From Thermoplasmatales archaeon (GTDB lineage Archaea > Thermoplasmatota > Thermoplasmata > Thermoplasmatales > GCA-001856825), in NCBI GenBank assembly GCA_038734825.1, contig JAVYOD010000002.1, positions 1-62,075 on the forward strand: a stretch of 62,075 nucleotides of DNA, written 5' to 3'. The notes under the pieces are model-generated. The model was not told the origin of the DNA, did not search any database, and saw only the letters and a list, made by a program, of their open reading frames with translations. Positions 51,989-61,150 of this stretch are shown here, one piece after another. Numbering within the stretch: position 1 is the first letter of the stretch; every line of letters begins with the position of its first letter. The position numbers and the translations under genes are program-made.

Positions 51989-52275
51989 TTTTCCACCTCA
52001 ACTTTAAATCCGAGTTCCTCCAGAACCTTTTTTACCCTCTCCCTCTGATCCCCCTGAAGCTCTATCTTTTCATCCTTCACTGTTCCCCCCGTTGCTGTTT
52101 TCTTCTTCAAGGTTTTAGCGAGCTCCTTTATATCTTCGGTATGCGAATCAAATCCTGATACGATAGTGACAAACTTTCCGTACCTTCTCTTATCCGTCTC
52201 TATCTTTATAACCTGAGACTCCCTTGCTATCTCATCTAGAGGTGTGAGTTCCTTGAAAATCTTGTCGTCCCTCAT
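51985..52275 (-). CDS. sui1: Translation initiation factor aIF-1 (SUI1 family)
   Basis: ...KIETDKRRYGKFVTIVSGFD... ...TATGGTVKDEKIELQGDQRERVKKVLEELGF. Confidence 0.9.
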   Translation of the reverse strand: MRDDKIFKELTPLDEIARESQVIKIETDKRRYGKFVTIVSGFDSHTEDIKELAKTLKKKTATGGTVKDEKIELQGDQRERVKKVLEELGFKVEVEK

Positions 52276-52439
52276 CTTTGCGTCTCCCTCATAACAGTCT
52301 CAATTCTTGCTATCTGTCTTTTCAATGATTCAATCTTACCTGGGCTCGGTGGCGCACCCCCCATAGCAGAAATACCCCTTTCCCTCATTAATTCCTCCTT
52401 CATGTCCAAATACTTTTTCCTGAGTTCTTCTTTACTCAT
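52272..52439 (-). CDS. rpl29: 50S ribosomal protein L29 (uL29), 55 aa, below the ORF-track cut-off
   Basis: Hand translation of the minus strand gives MSKEELRKKYLDMKEELMRERGISAMGGAPPSPGKIESLKRQIARIETVMRETQR. It overlaps the S3 stop and the SUI1 start. Confidence 0.88.
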   Translation of the reverse strand: MSKEELRKKYLDMKEELMRERGISAMGGAPPSPGKIESLKRQIARIETVMRETQR

Positions 52440-53082
52440 TTTCCTTATGTCCTTCGCCTTCAGCTCCTCCAGGGTTGCTCACCTCCTCAAATTTAATCTT
52501 AGAAACATTTATGTCATCAGGCAACTTAACGTCATTTCTCAGGATCTTGACTGAGACGCCAATTATCCCAGGCTTGGTCATGGCAATGGCGTAACCCTTA
52601 TCGATGTACTCCGACGGATATCCTGAGGATATGACCTTGCCTGCTGTGTATTTTACGCTTCTAGCTCTCTCCCCTGTTAATTTTCCACCCATTCTGACCT
52701 GACCCCCCCTAGCACCCGCATCCATTATCCTTTTGAGGATGCTATGACCTGCTCTCCTAAAGTGCCATCCCTTCTCAATCGATCTAGCGAGCTTCTGTGC
52801 CATGATCTGGGCGCTAAGCCCAGGCTCTTGCATTCCCTCAACCTTAATGAGAGGGCTGGCAAGATTGAATTTCTTCTCCAATGTCATTTCCATGTTTTTT
52901 ATTTTTGAACCCTTCCTTCCTATAACGAGGCCTGGCCTCTCCACCTTCAGGAGAACAATAGTATTCTGAGGTGTCCTTTGTATCTCTACCCCCCCGAAAC
53001 CAGCATCCCATATTTCTTGAACTAGGTACTCCTTAATGAGCTGCCTCCTTATATTTTCCTGCAAAAACTTCAGTTCCTTCAT
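52432..53082 (-). CDS. rps3: 30S ribosomal protein S3 (uS3)
   Basis: KH domain ...ERPGLVIGRKGSKIKNME.... Confidence 0.94.
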   Translation of the reverse strand: MKELKFLQENIRRQLIKEYLVQEIWDAGFGGVEIQRTPQNTIVLLKVERPGLVIGRKGSKIKNMEMTLEKKFNLASPLIKVEGMQEPGLSAQIMAQKLARSIEKGWHFRRAGHSILKRIMDAGARGGQVRMGGKLTGERARSVKYTAGKVISSGYPSEYIDKGYAIAMTKPGIIGVSVKILRNDVKLPDDINVSKIKFEEVSNPGGAEGEGHKENE

Positions 53083-53522
53083 TCCATCTCCTCCAATATT
53101 ATTTGGATATGAACTCGTTCCCTGTAGAACTTCCCACTTGACCCGAAAGCTTTAAATGTGTAATATTTGATTGGAGGTGCAGGCTGAGCAACTGCACTCT
53201 TGATAAAAAGCTTATCCGTGTCTAACTGCTTAAACTCTGCGTTATTTTCCGCATTTTGTAGTGTTTCAAGAACATACTTTACTGCCTTAACAGGATATCT
53301 ACCTGGACCTACACCCCGTTTGTGAGAAACGGAGTCAAGATATTTTCTGTAAGGAATGGCCTTTTTCTTAGACATTACATCTTCAAGATAACTTTTTGCT
53401 TGCTCAAGCTTCATACCTTTTATTGTTCTAACTACTTCTAATGCATCCCTCGGTGAAATAGGGGTATTTATGGAAGTGGCACGAGCGCTTTTTTTCCCAT
53501 CAGTTTCTAATACATACTTCAT
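53079..53522 (-). CDS. rpl22: 50S ribosomal protein L22 (uL22)
   Basis: ...ISPRDALEVVRTIKGMKLEQAKSYLEDV.... Confidence 0.92.
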   Translation of the reverse strand: MKYVLETDGKKSARATSINTPISPRDALEVVRTIKGMKLEQAKSYLEDVMSKKKAIPYRKYLDSVSHKRGVGPGRYPVKAVKYVLETLQNAENNAEFKQLDTDKLFIKSAVAQPAPPIKYYTFKAFGSSGKFYRERVHIQIILEEME

Positions 53523-53532
53523 TTTAAGGACC

Positions 53533-53988
53533 TCACTTAAGCGGGAGGAATTTCGACCCCCTTGTTGCTCCTACTCCAGGACCTGAGTGCTTTACTTCTT
53601 TGCGAGTCTGTGAAAACTCGCCGAGGTAATGACCTATCATCTCTTCCTTGATAGTGAATGTTTGATAGCTGTTCCCGTTGTGGACTGAAACTGTTTTGCC
53701 AACATACTGCGGCAAAATGACAAGGTCCCTAACCCTTGTCTTTACTGAATCTTTTTCAAGGAGCTTATTGTGTAGCCTCTGCTGCTCTATATTATACCCG
53801 CGCTTCAGCGATCTCCTTGCCCTAGCTGGCATTAGCTTTAGCAGTTCAGACATATCCATCTCAAGTAGTTCCTCGATTGTTTTCCCTTTAAAGAGTATCT
53901 CCTTTCCTCTTTCTATTATTGCCTTAGTCGCCTTTCTCTTAGACCTAACTATTGCTTTCTTTGATCTCTGTCTCTTATCTTCAGGCAT
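53533..53988 (-). CDS. rps19: 30S ribosomal protein S19 (uS19)
   Basis: ...GKTVSVHNGNSYQTFTIKEEMIGHYLGEFSQTRK.... Confidence 0.93.
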   Translation of the reverse strand: MPEDKRQRSKKAIVRSKRKATKAIIERGKEILFKGKTIEELLEMDMSELLKLMPARARRSLKRGYNIEQQRLHNKLLEKDSVKTRVRDLVILPQYVGKTVSVHNGNSYQTFTIKEEMIGHYLGEFSQTRKEVKHSGPGVGATRGSKFLPLK

Positions 53989-54688
53989 TCTTCCTCACCT
54001 TTCTTTTAGGGGAAATTCTTCCTACTTTTCTACCTGGCGGTGTATTTCTCCCAACGGTAGATGGCCTTCCAACGTGTTGATGGTTCCCACCACCATGGGG
54101 ATGATTTACTGCATTCATGGCAACACCTCTCACACTGAATGGCCTCTTGGCCCTGCTCTGGTATGCGTGTATCTTCTTACCAGCCTTCAAGAAAGGTTTA
54201 GCATTTCTCCCCCCTCCGCCCACAACTCCTATCGTTGCAAGGCAAGATGGCTTAATATCCATGAGCTTTCCAGATGGAAGTTTAATAGTGACGTTCTCAC
54301 CATGGGAAACAACAGTACAAAAGGCACCTGGGGTCCTTGATAGATTTCCGCCGGAGCCAGGTCTGACTTCCACGTTATAAACTAATGCACCATCTGGAAT
54401 TAGACCAAGGGGCAGCGTATTTCCTTCAATGGGAACTGCATCTTTACCGCCCTGTATTTTTTGACCGACAAACATCCCACTGTGTGCTATAAAATTAACT
54501 ATTGTATCATCATTCATCCTTACCTGGGCTACGGGTGCGTAGTGACCAGGATCACGGAGCAGTTTTACAACTCGCCCTTCCCAGGAACTCGTGTTCGGGT
54601 ACTTTATATCACCATAATGTCTATGGCTTGGGCTTTTGTACATCAACCCGCCGCGACCCCTTCTCTGAACTAACAACTTTTTACCCAT
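53981..54688 (-). CDS. rpl2: 50S ribosomal protein L2 (uL2)
   Basis: ...VRGVAMNAVNHPHGGG.... Confidence 0.95.
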   Translation of the reverse strand: MGKKLLVQRRGRGGLMYKSPSHRHYGDIKYPNTSSWEGRVVKLLRDPGHYAPVAQVRMNDDTIVNFIAHSGMFVGQKIQGGKDAVPIEGNTLPLGLIPDGALVYNVEVRPGSGGNLSRTPGAFCTVVSHGENVTIKLPSGKLMDIKPSCLATIGVVGGGGRNAKPFLKAGKKIHAYQSRAKRPFSVRGVAMNAVNHPHGGGNHQHVGRPSTVGRNTPPGRKVGRISPKRKVRKNA

Positions 54689-54697
54689 AAGATCACC

Positions 54698-54967
54698 TCA
54701 GAATATACCCAGCTTAGTGGCAAGCTCCTCCGCAGAAAAATCCTTTGAAATCTTAACAATAGCCTTTTTTCCTTCCTTGTCCCTCAGTATATTCACATTA
54801 CTCACCTTCATTCCGGAAATTTCTTCTACGGCCTTCCTTACGTCCAATCTAGTTGCAGTCTCATTTACTATGAACCAAATTGTATTATTTTTTTCAATCT
54901 GAAGCATCGATTTTTCTGTGACGAAGGGCTTTATTATAACGTCATACGGACTTTTCATATCTTCCAC
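54698..54967 (-). CDS. rpl23: 50S ribosomal protein L23 (uL23)
   Basis: ...IIKPFVTEKSM... Position between L4 and L2. Confidence 0.9.
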   Translation of the reverse strand: MEDMKSPYDVIIKPFVTEKSMLQIEKNNTIWFIVNETATRLDVRKAVEEISGMKVSNVNILRDKEGKKAIVKISKDFSAEELATKLGIF

Positions 54968-55719
54968 CCCCTGATCTGTTCGAGTGCACTTTCCGTCATT
55001 ACGAGAAGCCTACCGGGGTGACCTCCGGGAGCCAGAACGTAGGCGTTTATCTCGCTTGGAATTAGTACGTCTGTACCTGGGAGATTTTTGACAGCCTTTG
55101 ATATATTGCTTTTGTCCTTAACTACAAATAAAATACTCTTTGGGGTAATATACCTCCTTCCTCTGCTCTTTCCCCTCCCAGCTCTAATCTTAGTCCCCTC
55201 TTTTGATCTCAAAATATCATCGTACACGCCAACTTTCTTCAGAACTTCAACGACTTCACTGGTCTTGGAAATCTTTTCAAAATCATCCTCAAGTATAACA
55301 GGGAGGGAGCTAACATTGAATCTGTGGCCTCTCTGTCTCACTATCTCAGGGTCTGCCGTTGAAGAGAGAGCGGAGAGCTTCGCCATCATTTTCTCCTTTT
55401 TATTAATTTTCATATACCAATTCTTCTCTTTTACGGGGTGAAACGCTGAGCGTCCTCCCCTTGCATTGCTCAGTAAAACGCCCCTGGTAGTCCCCTGTAC
55501 CCTCGGATATCTGGATATACCGTGGTTGGGTCCAAGATTGTGACCAACCCTTCTGTTACCCGCAAAATAATAGGAACCATAGGGCGTTCTGCCATTGGAA
55601 AGATAGGCGTTAACGAACCTCTGTATTAAATCCCGCCTTATTGGGAACCTGAAAGCTTCAGGGAGATCCAATGTTCTTAGAACCCTACCATCAAGAGAGA
55701 GAATGTTTGCCAATTTCAT
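54955..55719 (-). CDS. rpl4: 50S ribosomal protein L4 (uL4)
   Basis: ...GRGKSRGRRY... Conserved position. Confidence 0.92.
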   Translation of the reverse strand: MKLANILSLDGRVLRTLDLPEAFRFPIRRDLIQRFVNAYLSNGRTPYGSYYFAGNRRVGHNLGPNHGISRYPRVQGTTRGVLLSNARGGRSAFHPVKEKNWYMKINKKEKMMAKLSALSSTADPEIVRQRGHRFNVSSLPVILEDDFEKISKTSEVVEVLKKVGVYDDILRSKEGTKIRAGRGKSRGRRYITPKSILFVVKDKSNISKAVKNLPGTDVLIPSEINAYVLAPGGHPGRLLVMTESALEQIRGWKI

Positions 55720-56705
55720 ACCCCCTGCTTGCTCTCAAGCGATAAATATGCAAGTGAAACTTTATCCACATCAGGTGCAACCTGCCTGATCGGATCCCTT
55801 AGCTTAATTATCCTTTTAGCAGGTCCAGGCACACTTCCGTGGAGTATGATATAATCATTAGTTACTTCCCCGTATCTTAGGAAGCCACCTTTAGGAACGA
55901 TTGGATTCTCCTGTGGTTTTCCGTAATATAGAACCCTCTTATTGAACTCAGTCCTCTGATGGAAACCAACCTGCCCTGCCTGGGGAACTGTGTTTCTGAC
56001 CCAGTCTGGATGCCAGGGGCCGAGGGTACCAATCATCCGTCTGTGCTTTCTATTCTTCCTTGGGAGAAGTTTGACACCCCACCTTTTAACGTGACCCTGA
56101 AATCCCTTACCTTTTGTCACAGCTATCACATCAACGAATTTTCCGGGTGATGAGAAAGAATTGAATGAAACCTCTTTCCCTAGTATTGATTTAGCATAGT
56201 TTATCCTCTCACTTATCGTACCCCCACCGACCCTTATCTCTGTTATGTCCGGTTTCTTCTTTGAAAGTGCTTTAACTCTGTTATTTTGAATCATTGCAAT
56301 TATTCTAACGTCAAACACTTCATTTTCACTGATCTCTTTCGCCTTGTAATCTTTAGAAATCGGCATTATTTTACGGAGTTCGTTAATAGATGACTGATCG
56401 AATGTTTCTGACAAAACGTACTCTCCGTATGGACCATTTCCGTATGTCCTTATTCCTACTACTTTGATAGGAGGAACCTCGATGACTGTCACGGAAGATG
56501 CCACCTCAGAGCCAGCAGTCGTGCTACTCTTCCTATAATCTACAAAAAGGGCGTGAGTCATTCCGGCCTTGAAACCCACGAACCCCTGTAGCCTCGGGCC
56601 TTCCTTTATTTCGGGCCAAGACCTAATATGGGGTATCAGTGAGCTCGCCCTCTTCCTGGGATAGTATCCCATAGAGCCATGTCTCGAATGGTTTGGAGTT
56701 GCCAT
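55716..56705 (-). CDS. rpl3: 50S ribosomal protein L3 (uL3)
   Basis: MATPNHSRHGSMGYYPRKRA... ...FKAGMTH.... First gene of the cluster. Confidence 0.94.
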   Translation of the reverse strand: MATPNHSRHGSMGYYPRKRASSLIPHIRSWPEIKEGPRLQGFVGFKAGMTHALFVDYRKSSTTAGSEVASSVTVIEVPPIKVVGIRTYGNGPYGEYVLSETFDQSSINELRKIMPISKDYKAKEISENEVFDVRIIAMIQNNRVKALSKKKPDITEIRVGGGTISERINYAKSILGKEVSFNSFSSPGKFVDVIAVTKGKGFQGHVKRWGVKLLPRKNRKHRRMIGTLGPWHPDWVRNTVPQAGQVGFHQRTEFNKRVLYYGKPQENPIVPKGGFLRYGEVTNDYIILHGSVPGPAKRIIKLRDPIRQVAPDVDKVSLAYLSLESKQGV

Positions 56706-56739
56706 CTATACCACTTTAGCAAAGCCGTTGCGTCTTGAT

Positions 56740-56770
56740 GTTCCCAGAATCACTGGAACATCACTGGCAC
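56740..56770 (-). promoter_or_regulatory. Leader element of the L3 operon: imperfect hairpin plus tandem 11-mer
   Basis: The minus-strand RNA reads GUGCCAGUGAU-GUUCCAGUGAU-UCUGGGAAC. GUUCCAG pairs with CUGGGAAC (one bulged G), and the 11-mer (A)TCACTGG(A/C)AC is repeated in tandem. Confidence 0.45.
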
Positions 56771-56812
56771 TAACGCCAAAGACGTGTAGCTTCTGCTGTT
56801 TCGACAAAACAT

Positions 56813-56826
56813 GTTTATATTTAAAC
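56813..56826 (-). promoter_or_regulatory. Candidate TATA box of the L3 ribosomal-protein operon
   Basis: The minus strand reads gtttaaatataaac, about 110 nt upstream of the L3 ATG. This implies a leader of about 85 nt. Confidence 0.4.
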
Positions 56827-56848
56827 AAATCGGCCTTTCACCTAAATG

Positions 56849-57217
56849 TCATTTCTTGTTTAACGCTTCTTTTATTTTTTCATATTCTTCCCTAGTGATT
56901 GAACCGTTTGCTAACCTTTCGTCAAGTATATCCATTGCTGATTTTTCTTTTGACTCAGAAGAACCTTCGTTCCTTCCAGTAGCTATGTCCACTATCCAGA
57001 TAACGAATAGCACAAGGAGCACGAATGGTACTATCATCATCAAACTCATCCAAAGGATCCCACCGTATCCCCAGAGAGGCCCGATCATCCAGTACCGCCC
57101 ATAGTAAGGACCAGCGGCAGACCTTACAACAAAGGCTGCGCTTAGGACAACAGACAGAACTACTAAGAAAACAATCAACCCAACAAAGACCCAGAATACT
57201 TTCATTACGTTTCTCAT
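56849..57217 (-). CDS. Membrane protein with C-terminal SHOCT domain
   Basis: Two to three TM helices followed by ...SAMDILDERLANGSITREEYEKIKEALNKK, the SHOCT short C-terminal domain pattern. Confidence 0.7.
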   Translation of the reverse strand: MRNVMKVFWVFVGLIVFLVVLSVVLSAAFVVRSAAGPYYGRYWMIGPLWGYGGILWMSLMMIVPFVLLVLFVIWIVDIATGRNEGSSESKEKSAMDILDERLANGSITREEYEKIKEALNKK

Positions 57218-57268
57218 GCAATATCACTTATGGGTGAAAAGAGATTTAAATGTATGTTGAAACGTGTT

Positions 57269-57799
57269 TCACTGTGATTTTGAATATCTTTTCAGCACGA
57301 CCTTATTGGTAGAGCCATGCCTAAGCCTTACAATGAGGCCTTTAGATTCCAGACGGTTCAAAATCCTGGTAACTTTAGCCTTGGAATAATCACCCGACCT
57401 TGCTATGTCGCGCTGTAGCATAGAACCACCGGCTTTGACAAGCATTTCAATCAGTTCCTTCTCCTCCTTGTCTAGGAAATTCATGCTCTCTGTGACTTCA
57501 TTTTCCTCTTCACCACTCGATCCTGCGTTCACTGTATCAAGAACCCCAATGCGGGAAAACATACTTAGGATTGAAAATACTAGAAGAGTTCCTGTTATGC
57601 CTATCCCTATGTAAACGAAGAGTGTAAAAGGAGTTCCTACGAAGCTGTTAAGCACAGAGGTATAGTGGAGGAGAAATAATATAAATGAGAACAGGAATAA
57701 CAATATTACCGAAGAAACAGATAGAATTGCTAAGAATATTATGGTTAGAATTGAACGATTAATCTTGTTCTTGGCTATTTGGACCATTTCCCAACTCAA
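57269..57799 (-). CDS. Membrane-tethered winged-helix (MarR-like) DNA-binding protein
   Basis: N-terminal TM helices, an acidic linker (SSGEEENEV), then the wHTH LIEMLVKAGGSMLQRDIARSGDYSKAKVTRILNRLESKGLIVRL. Confidence 0.65.
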   Translation of the reverse strand: MSWEMVQIAKNKINRSILTIIFLAILSVSSVILLFLFSFILFLLHYTSVLNSFVGTPFTLFVYIGIGITGTLLVFSILSMFSRIGVLDTVNAGSSGEEENEVTESMNFLDKEEKELIEMLVKAGGSMLQRDIARSGDYSKAKVTRILNRLESKGLIVRLRHGSTNKVVLKRYSKSQ

Positions 57800-57900
57800 T
57801 TACTTTTTCGGTATCAAGAGTTGCGCCTCCAACCTGTAAGATAAATCTCATAATAATTGATCTTAATCACGCTAAATTCTATCGGCGGCGGTCTTACTGC

Positions 57901-60210
57901 TCATTCACACTTTGAATAACCGCATGTCTTGCATGTGAAACACCCGTTTTCGAAGACTAGGGTCTCATTCCCACACTCTGGACACATTAGGAATGAGGTT
58001 TCCTTCTTTTTGTTAGTTTCCATAGAAACGAGGAATTCCCCAGTAAGAGTTGATTGGGGATGTTCCCCCTTTAGTGCTAGCTCGATAGCTTTGGCTACTC
58101 CGTCGGGCACTGAAGTTATCTTCGTACCGTTCAAGAACGTTGTTGTTCTGCCTTTGATACCGGAGAGTGCTTTGATCACACGTGATATATCTCCACCCTG
58201 CTGCAGGTATAATGATATCAACCGTCCAATCGCCTCTGAATATGCCTTTTCCTCAGATCCTGATTTTCCAACGTTAACGAACACTTCCACTGGATTTCCG
58301 TCAGAGTCGAAATTTATAGTAGTATAGAGTTTACCGGTTTCCAGCAGAGGAAATACTATCGTTCTGCCTGAGAGAATCATCGATCTTTCAAATTCTTTCT
58401 TTTCCTTTTTTCGCACAGCTTCATCAGTGAGAAGAATTCCTTCTCTCGATCCTTCTCTATAAACTGTTATACCTTTACAGCCGGCCTTCCAGGCGGCCAT
58501 ATATATATTTCCTACCTCCTCTGAAGTGGCTGTTGATGGTAAATTAACTGTGGAAGAGATGGAATGATCGACGTAGCGCTGTATAGTAGCCTGCAGCTTA
58601 ACCCTGAACATCGGATCTATCTTGTGTGCTTCTATGAAGTACTCAGGGAGATCTTTCTCGTCTTTTATTCCATATAGCTCCATATATTCTCTAACTAGGG
58701 GATGGTAGACCTTGAATACCTGTTTAGACAGAGATTCGCTCCTCCGTGTATATGAGAAAGCAAAAACAGGTTCTATACCACTGGAAGTGCCTGCTAAAGC
58801 GGATCCGCTCCCAACAGGAGGTACTGTTATCAAAGCAACGTTTCTAAGACCTACCTTCTTTATCTTATCGAGAACATCCTGATCAAGCCTCTGAATGAAC
58901 GGGGATTTTAGATGACTCTCTAGATCAAATGCAGGGAATGTACCCTTTTCGGCTGCGATATTTGCACTCTCATCATATATGGTATTCATGATTTTCTTGA
59001 AAAGCGATCCTACAAATTCTATTGATTCCTGCGTATCGTACTTTATCTTCATCTTTATAAGCATGTCTGCGAGTCCTGTAAAGCCAACACCTATTCTTCT
59101 ACTCTTGGCAGCTTCCTCGGTTTGCTGTTTAAGGGGATGTTTGTAAAGGTTGTAGTCAACCACGTCGTCAAGGAATCTCACCGTGTATCTCACGGCCTTC
59201 ATCAAGTCTTCCCAGTTCACTTCTGGAGCTTCGAAGGGATTTTTCACGAATTCGGAAAGGTTAATATTTCCCAGATTGCAGGCGCCATATGACTCTAGGG
59301 GAATCTCAGAACAAGGATTAGTAGTTAGAATCTCCATACCGTTGTACTCTGACGTACTTTCCCTTTTCATCGTGTCCCAGAATATCAATCCTGGTTCTGC
59401 CCAGTTTCTGGCAGAATCGACCAGTTCTTTCCAAAGCGCTCTAGCTCTGACTTTCTTCTCTATCCTCTTGACCTTATCGCTCTCGTAGTAAAGCGTGAAT
59501 TCCTCATCATTCTCCACTTTTTTCATGAATTCATCGGTTATCTTCACTGAAATGTTTGCATATCTGACCCTATTAAGATCCCGCTTGACCTTTATGAAAT
59601 CTAATATGTCTGGGTGGTCTACTCTTATTGTTATCATCAGTGCCCCCCTTCTCCCAGCTTGTCCGATTGTGCCAGTTGTTTCAGACATTATATTCATGAA
59701 AGAAACACTGCCCGTTGATCTTAGCGCCGCGTTGTTCACCGGTGCTCCTTTAGGCCTGAGCACAGATATGTCAGTCCCCACCCCTCCTCCGAGGGAATAT
59801 GTTCTTGCAGCTTCCTTTGTCCATTCAAATATTGATTCGAGGGAATCGTCTTTTATCGGAATGACGTAGCAATTATTCAATGTAACACGCCTTTTGTATT
59901 TATCCTGGCCTGCACCAAAAAGTATTCTTCCCCCAGGTATCATCCTAAAATTTTCTAGTAACCAATAGAACTTGTTTTCCCACTCAGATACTTTCGACGA
60001 ACTTTCAACTGATGCTATTTCTCTGGCTACTCTCCTCCACATTTCTTCAGGAACCTTTTCGACGAGGTTTCCATCCAGATCCCTCATAGCATATTTATCA
60101 ATAAAGACCCGTGCCCTTAATTCATCATTCCCGAATCTTGCGAGAGTTTCAGGAGGAATTTCCTCCAGCTGCCTATCGATTACTTCATCATCTGCGTTCA
60201 TTAGTACCAC
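57901..60210 (-). CDS. nrdJ: Adenosylcobalamin-dependent (class II) ribonucleotide reductase
   Basis: Active-site TNPCSEIPL, ...ITVYREGSR..., and a C-terminal zinc-ribbon CPECG...CKTCG. 769 aa with no intein. Confidence 0.9.
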   Translation of the reverse strand: MVLMNADDEVIDRQLEEIPPETLARFGNDELRARVFIDKYAMRDLDGNLVEKVPEEMWRRVAREIASVESSSKVSEWENKFYWLLENFRMIPGGRILFGAGQDKYKRRVTLNNCYVIPIKDDSLESIFEWTKEAARTYSLGGGVGTDISVLRPKGAPVNNAALRSTGSVSFMNIMSETTGTIGQAGRRGALMITIRVDHPDILDFIKVKRDLNRVRYANISVKITDEFMKKVENDEEFTLYYESDKVKRIEKKVRARALWKELVDSARNWAEPGLIFWDTMKRESTSEYNGMEILTTNPCSEIPLESYGACNLGNINLSEFVKNPFEAPEVNWEDLMKAVRYTVRFLDDVVDYNLYKHPLKQQTEEAAKSRRIGVGFTGLADMLIKMKIKYDTQESIEFVGSLFKKIMNTIYDESANIAAEKGTFPAFDLESHLKSPFIQRLDQDVLDKIKKVGLRNVALITVPPVGSGSALAGTSSGIEPVFAFSYTRRSESLSKQVFKVYHPLVREYMELYGIKDEKDLPEYFIEAHKIDPMFRVKLQATIQRYVDHSISSTVNLPSTATSEEVGNIYMAAWKAGCKGITVYREGSREGILLTDEAVRKKEKKEFERSMILSGRTIVFPLLETGKLYTTINFDSDGNPVEVFVNVGKSGSEEKAYSEAIGRLISLYLQQGGDISRVIKALSGIKGRTTTFLNGTKITSVPDGVAKAIELALKGEHPQSTLTGEFLVSMETNKKKETSFLMCPECGNETLVFENGCFTCKTCGYSKCE

Positions 60211-60486
60211 TGTAGCTTATAACTACATCTCTTTGTACTTAATTTTTTTTTATAATGGGTCTGGTATCTTTGGTTTATGTTGTAAACAATCACTGACAGA
60301 CTAAATGATCTATTTATGTAAAAAAATGCAACACAACCTCTTAAGACTGTAAGCGTTAATCTTCCTTATTAAATATAAATTTCCTTTGTTAAGACCTAAA
60401 AGGGTGATATATACCCACTTGTTCTGTTTTCATCGAACTTATAAGCCAACTAAATAAATTTGATAAAATATAAATATTGAATTTTT

Positions 60487-60861
60487 ATGAACCATGGTAT
60501 GGCCGAAGCATTTACGCCTGAGGACGAGAAACTCGCAGGTTTACTTATTCAGATGGGTGTTCCCAGAAACGTTTCCAAGGCTCTGGTATACATGAAAAGC
60601 AGGCAGGAGACTACATCGGTGGAAATTGAGAAAAATGCCAACCTTAGGCAGCCTGAGGTCTCTATAGCGATGAGAATTCTAAAAGAGCACGGCTGGATTA
60701 TGAAGAGAGATATTAAAAAAGAGGGGAAAGGAAGACCTGTGCACGGTTATAGGTTGGCAAAGCCATTCAACGAAATAATCAAGGAGCTCGAAGAGGAACA
60801 GAAAAAGAAAATCTCAGACATGCAAAATGTTCTTGGGCAGATTCAAGAGTTAGTTTTCTAG
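60487..60861 (+). CDS. Winged-helix transcriptional regulator (ArsR/TrmB-like) with C-terminal coiled-coil
   Basis: ...VSKALVYMKSRQETTSVEIEKNANLRQPEVSIAMRILKEHGWIMKRDIKKEGKGRPVHGYRL.... Confidence 0.65.
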   Translation: MNHGMAEAFTPEDEKLAGLLIQMGVPRNVSKALVYMKSRQETTSVEIEKNANLRQPEVSIAMRILKEHGWIMKRDIKKEGKGRPVHGYRLAKPFNEIIKELEEEQKKKISDMQNVLGQIQELVF

Positions 60862-61150
60862 TAACACGATAAAGAATTCCGTAAACATATAGGCGAGCAG
60901 AAGGTACTGCATTCATAGTTTTGCTAATATATAATTTTAATAGAATTTAACGGGGAGCAAAGAGGAATTACTTTTCCTATTGAGAATGGGATTTAAAATT
61001 GCCACAGCATTGCCTACAGCGACCACGTTCTGATTCGCGAAAACAGTTTTGCACGTGAAATATATCAATTGAAACTGGAAATCTCTAAAAATGGCGCAGG
61101 AAAAGTTTAGTCAATAAGAACTTAAAGTTTTACCCTGGCCCAAAGAGATC

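Noticed and set aside
53678-54340. A 220-aa plus-strand ORF lies antisense to S19 and L2. Similar long antisense ORFs occur at 46424-46951 (S5), 18771-19307 (radA), 5990-6445 (OFOR alpha), 30054-30530 (AcnX) and 37349-37816 (L44e/S27e).
   Set aside because: Their composition is Ser/Leu/Phe-rich and of low complexity, typical of the reverse frame of highly expressed genes. The sense-strand products are unambiguous conserved proteins, and nothing supports dual coding.
56811-57227. The plus-strand ORF 56811-57104 and the minus-strand ORF 56955-57227 overlap the SHOCT-domain gene.
   Set aside because: The 56849-57217 frame gives a coherent TM-plus-SHOCT protein. The alternatives have no recognisable features, and one begins inside the TATA-like element of the L3 operon.
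60211-60486. I considered a cobalamin riboswitch or other structured element upstream of the B12-dependent ribonucleotide reductase.
   Set aside because: The region is AT-rich, with only a 4-bp potential stem. It has no B12-box-like conserved core, and such riboswitches are not established in archaea.
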